Shown here: piece by piece, positions 18,793-21,246 of the stretch | Layout of the letters: every line of letters starts with the position of its first letter | How positions within the stretch are numbered: the stretch's first letter is position 1 | NCBI GenBank assembly: GCA_965223505.1 | Contig: CBDCWP010000018.1 | Span: 1-21,246, forward strand | Reading direction: 5' to 3' | Origin: Planctomycetota bacterium | GTDB lineage: Bacteria; Planctomycetota; PLA2; JAEUHO01 | DNA: 21,246 bases | Program-made: the position numbers and the translations under genes | Notes under the pieces: generated by a model | Databases searched by the model: none | The model's input: the letters and a program-made list of their open reading frames with translations, nothing else | Told to the model about the DNA's origin: nothing

Positions 18793-20511
18793 GTGGCGCC
18801 TCGTCCGCGGATCGTGCTCGGCGTCGTCGACGGGCTGCACGACGCCGGCGCCGCCGTCGTGATCGACGGACGCATCGTGGCGGCCGTGAACGAGGAGCGT
18901 TTCACGCGCGTGAAGCTCCAAGGCGGCTTGCCGCAACGCAGCATCGAATCGGTGTTGTCGACCGCGGGTATCGAGGCGCGGGACGTCGACCACGTCGCAG
19001 TGGCCGGACTGGGCACCCCGACCATCGCGACGCGTCTGTTCCGGCCGTTGCAGCGGGTCTATGCACGCTCACTCGGCATCTGCTTCGATCGACCGTGGCA
19101 CCCGGTGGATCGCGCCGGCGACCTGGTGCGCTACCGCCTTCCACTCACACGCTCACGTTCGAATCGCGGCGGTCGGCTCGAAGCGGCCCTCGCGGAACCC
19201 CTGCTGCGGCGCGCGTTGCCTGGGGCGCTCGGCGACGCGCCGCTCTCCTTCGTCGACCACCATCTCGCCCATGCCGAGAGCGCGTGGCGAACGGCGGGGG
19301 ACGGTCGCTGGCTCGTCGTCACGGCCGACGCGCACGGCGACGGCCGCAGCCTGACGGCCTGGGTGGGGGACGCGGCCACGGGGCGTCTCGCGCTGATCCA
19401 CGACGAGGGCGTTCACGAGAGCGTGGGCGCCTTCTACTCGTACGTCACCCGCGCGCTCGGATTCCGCCCGGGTCGTCACGAGGGCAAGGTCCTGGGACTC
19501 TCGGCTCGCGGAGATGCGAGCAAGGTGGATCTGCCCTTCCCGTTCGACTGGGACGGCGGCGGCCTCGTCTACCGGGGCGCCTGGGGCTTGAAGGGCAGCC
19601 GCCGGATGCGGGTGCTGCGCGACTACCGGCGCGAGCACGTCGCGGCATGGGTGCAGGCCGGCACCGAGCGCGTGTTGGTCGAGGGTGTGAAGCGCTGGCT
19701 CGAGCGAACGGACCTCGATCGGATCGCGGTCGCGGGCGGCGTGTTCGCGAACGTGTGCGTGAACGGCCTCCTCGCCGGTCTCGACGGCGTGCGCCGGCTC
19801 CACGTGTTCCCGCACATGGGAGACGGCGGTCTCGCCGCGGGCGCGGCACTGCACGTCGCCGGTCGCGCGCCGTACGCGCTCGGCTCGGCGAACGTCGGCC
19901 CCGACCTCGACGAGCGCGACGTCGTCGATGCGTGCCGCGCGTCGGGGTTCTCCGTGAGCGAACCCGCGGATCCCGACGCGGTGCTCGTGGACGCGCTCGC
20001 CCGCGGCGAGATCGTCGCGCGTTGTGAGGGGCGAATGGAATTCGGCCCGCGCGCGCTCGGACACCGTTCGGTGCTCGCGCCGGCGGATCGGCCCGAGATC
20101 ACTGAAACGCTCAATACGGCGCTGCAACGCGACTGGTTCATGCCGTTCGCGCCGCTGCTGCGCTTCGAAGACGGCGCAGCCTCGTTCGACGACTTCGACG
20201 CGGCGCGTGCCGCGACCCGATTCATGACGGTCGCTCTGCGCGCGAAGCGCGCGTTCGCGCAGGCGTGCCCGGCCGCCGTGCACGTCGACGGTACGGCGCG
20301 GCCTCAGACCGTCGTCGCGACCGAAGATCCCGCCCTGCACCGGCTCGTGACGGCCTACGTCGAGCGCACCTCGATCCCGGCGGTCATCAACACGTCGTTC
20401 AACATCCACGAGGAGCCCATCGTCCACACGCCGCGCGATGCCGTGCGCGCGTTTCGCGCCGGCGGGTTGCGGACGATGCGCTTGGGCCGGTGCATCCTGA
20501 AGGCGCGATGA
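18793..20511 (+). CDS. O-carbamoyltransferase, NodU/CmcH/TobZ family
   Basis: Start placed at GTG 18793, 5 nt after the GT2 stop. HDAGAA...AAVNEERFTRVK, HHLAHA, DAHGD, GGVFANV, GRMEFGPRALGHRS, FMPFAP, HVDGTARPQ, NTSFNIHEEPIV. Confidence 0.92.
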   Translation: MAPRPRIVLGVVDGLHDAGAAVVIDGRIVAAVNEERFTRVKLQGGLPQRSIESVLSTAGIEARDVDHVAVAGLGTPTIATRLFRPLQRVYARSLGICFDRPWHPVDRAGDLVRYRLPLTRSRSNRGGRLEAALAEPLLRRALPGALGDAPLSFVDHHLAHAESAWRTAGDGRWLVVTADAHGDGRSLTAWVGDAATGRLALIHDEGVHESVGAFYSYVTRALGFRPGRHEGKVLGLSARGDASKVDLPFPFDWDGGGLVYRGAWGLKGSRRMRVLRDYRREHVAAWVQAGTERVLVEGVKRWLERTDLDRIAVAGGVFANVCVNGLLAGLDGVRRLHVFPHMGDGGLAAGAALHVAGRAPYALGSANVGPDLDERDVVDACRASGFSVSEPADPDAVLVDALARGEIVARCEGRMEFGPRALGHRSVLAPADRPEITETLNTALQRDWFMPFAPLLRFEDGAASFDDFDAARAATRFMTVALRAKRAFAQACPAAVHVDGTARPQTVVATEDPALHRLVTAYVERTSIPAVINTSFNIHEEPIVHTPRDAVRAFRAGGLRTMRLGRCILKAR

Positions 20512-21246
20512 CGAACAACGCGTCAGAACCGAGCCGGCTCGTCATCGGCGGTCTCTTGTTCGCGGCGTGCGTACCGTACTTCCTGATGCTCGGCACGCCG
20601 CCGTTGTGGGACGCCAACGAACCCCTATATGCGCAGCCGCCCAAGGAAGTGCTCGAGTGGGAGCAGGGGGACTTCTGGGCGCCGACCTGGAACGGCAAGA
20701 CGTACTGGGCGCATCCACCGCTTTCGACGTGGATCACCGTGCCGTTCTACGCGTACATGGGCAGCACGGAGCTGGCCGGTCGCCTCCCGATGGCGATCGC
20801 GGCGGTGCTCACGATTCTCGCGACGTACTCGCTGGGCGCCCGGTACGGCGGCCGCCGGATCGGCTTGCTCGCCGCGCTCGTTCTGGCGGCGACGCCGAAG
20901 TTCTGGCTGTTCTCCCGGCAGCTTGCGGGCGACGTCTATCTCGTCGCGTTGCTCACCTGGGCGTTCGCCCTCGCACTACCGGCCGTGTCGGGTGACGGGG
21001 GCCGGCGGCGCCTCTGGCTCGCGCACGTGTTGGTGGGCATCGGGTTTCTCGCGAAGGGGCCCGTGATTCTCGTGCTCTACGGTGGCGGGCTGTTCTTCGC
21101 CTGGTCGTTCGCTCGAGAGCGCGAACGCTTCTCGGCACTGCACCCCGGTCGCTCGCTGTTGGTGATCGGCGTGATCGGACTCGCGTGGTTCGTGTACATG
21201 CAGCTTCGCTTTCCGGTCTTCTTCGGCGAGCACTTCGGGCACTATC
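20508..21246 (+). CDS. Second ArnT/PMT-like GT-C glycosyltransferase (3'-truncated by the window edge)
   Basis: Not in the ORF track. ATGA overlap with the carbamoyltransferase stop. My translation: MTNNASEPSRLVIGGLLFAACVPYFLMLGTPPLWDANEPLYAQPPKEVLEWEQGDFWAPTWNGKTYWAHPPLSTW...RLP...GIGFLAKGPV, open to the window end. Confidence 0.88.
   Translation, partial: MTNNASEPSRLVIGGLLFAACVPYFLMLGTPPLWDANEPLYAQPPKEVLEWEQGDFWAPTWNGKTYWAHPPLSTWITVPFYAYMGSTELAGRLPMAIAAVLTILATYSLGARYGGRRIGLLAALVLAATPKFWLFSRQLAGDVYLVALLTWAFALALPAVSGDGGRRRLWLAHVLVGIGFLAKGPVILVLYGGGLFFAWSFARERERFSALHPGRSLLVIGVIGLAWFVYMQLRFPVFFGEHFGHY

Overview
High-GC bacterial chromosomal window. The gene set is most compatible with an uncultured Planctomycetota-like genome (inference). 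Order: partial membrane protein, probably CPBP/CAAX-protease-like (-); holA and mutL (+), each split by one extra G in a G run, most likely sequencing errors; two tandem paralogous secreted LolA-like proteins (-); a YmfF/YmfH-type M16 peptidase pair (+); a lone PafC-like HTH-WYL regulator (+); a ~1190-aa secreted Asp-box/WD40 beta-propeller protein with a Pro-Lys-Pro repeat tail (+); a ~180-bp inverted-repeat element (putative MITE) between convergent genes; leuS (-); and an envelope-modification cluster of ArnT-like GT, GT2, NodU/CmcH carbamoyltransferase and a second, partial ArnT-like GT (+). The most interesting signals are (i) a PafBC-type promoter geometry (cGTCGG-N10-TACCTT) directly upstream of mutL, with an orphan pafC-like gene nearby, (ii) the ArnT/GT2/carbamoyltransferase cluster, and (iii) the CTAG-bounded MITE-like element with symmetric subterminal repeats.
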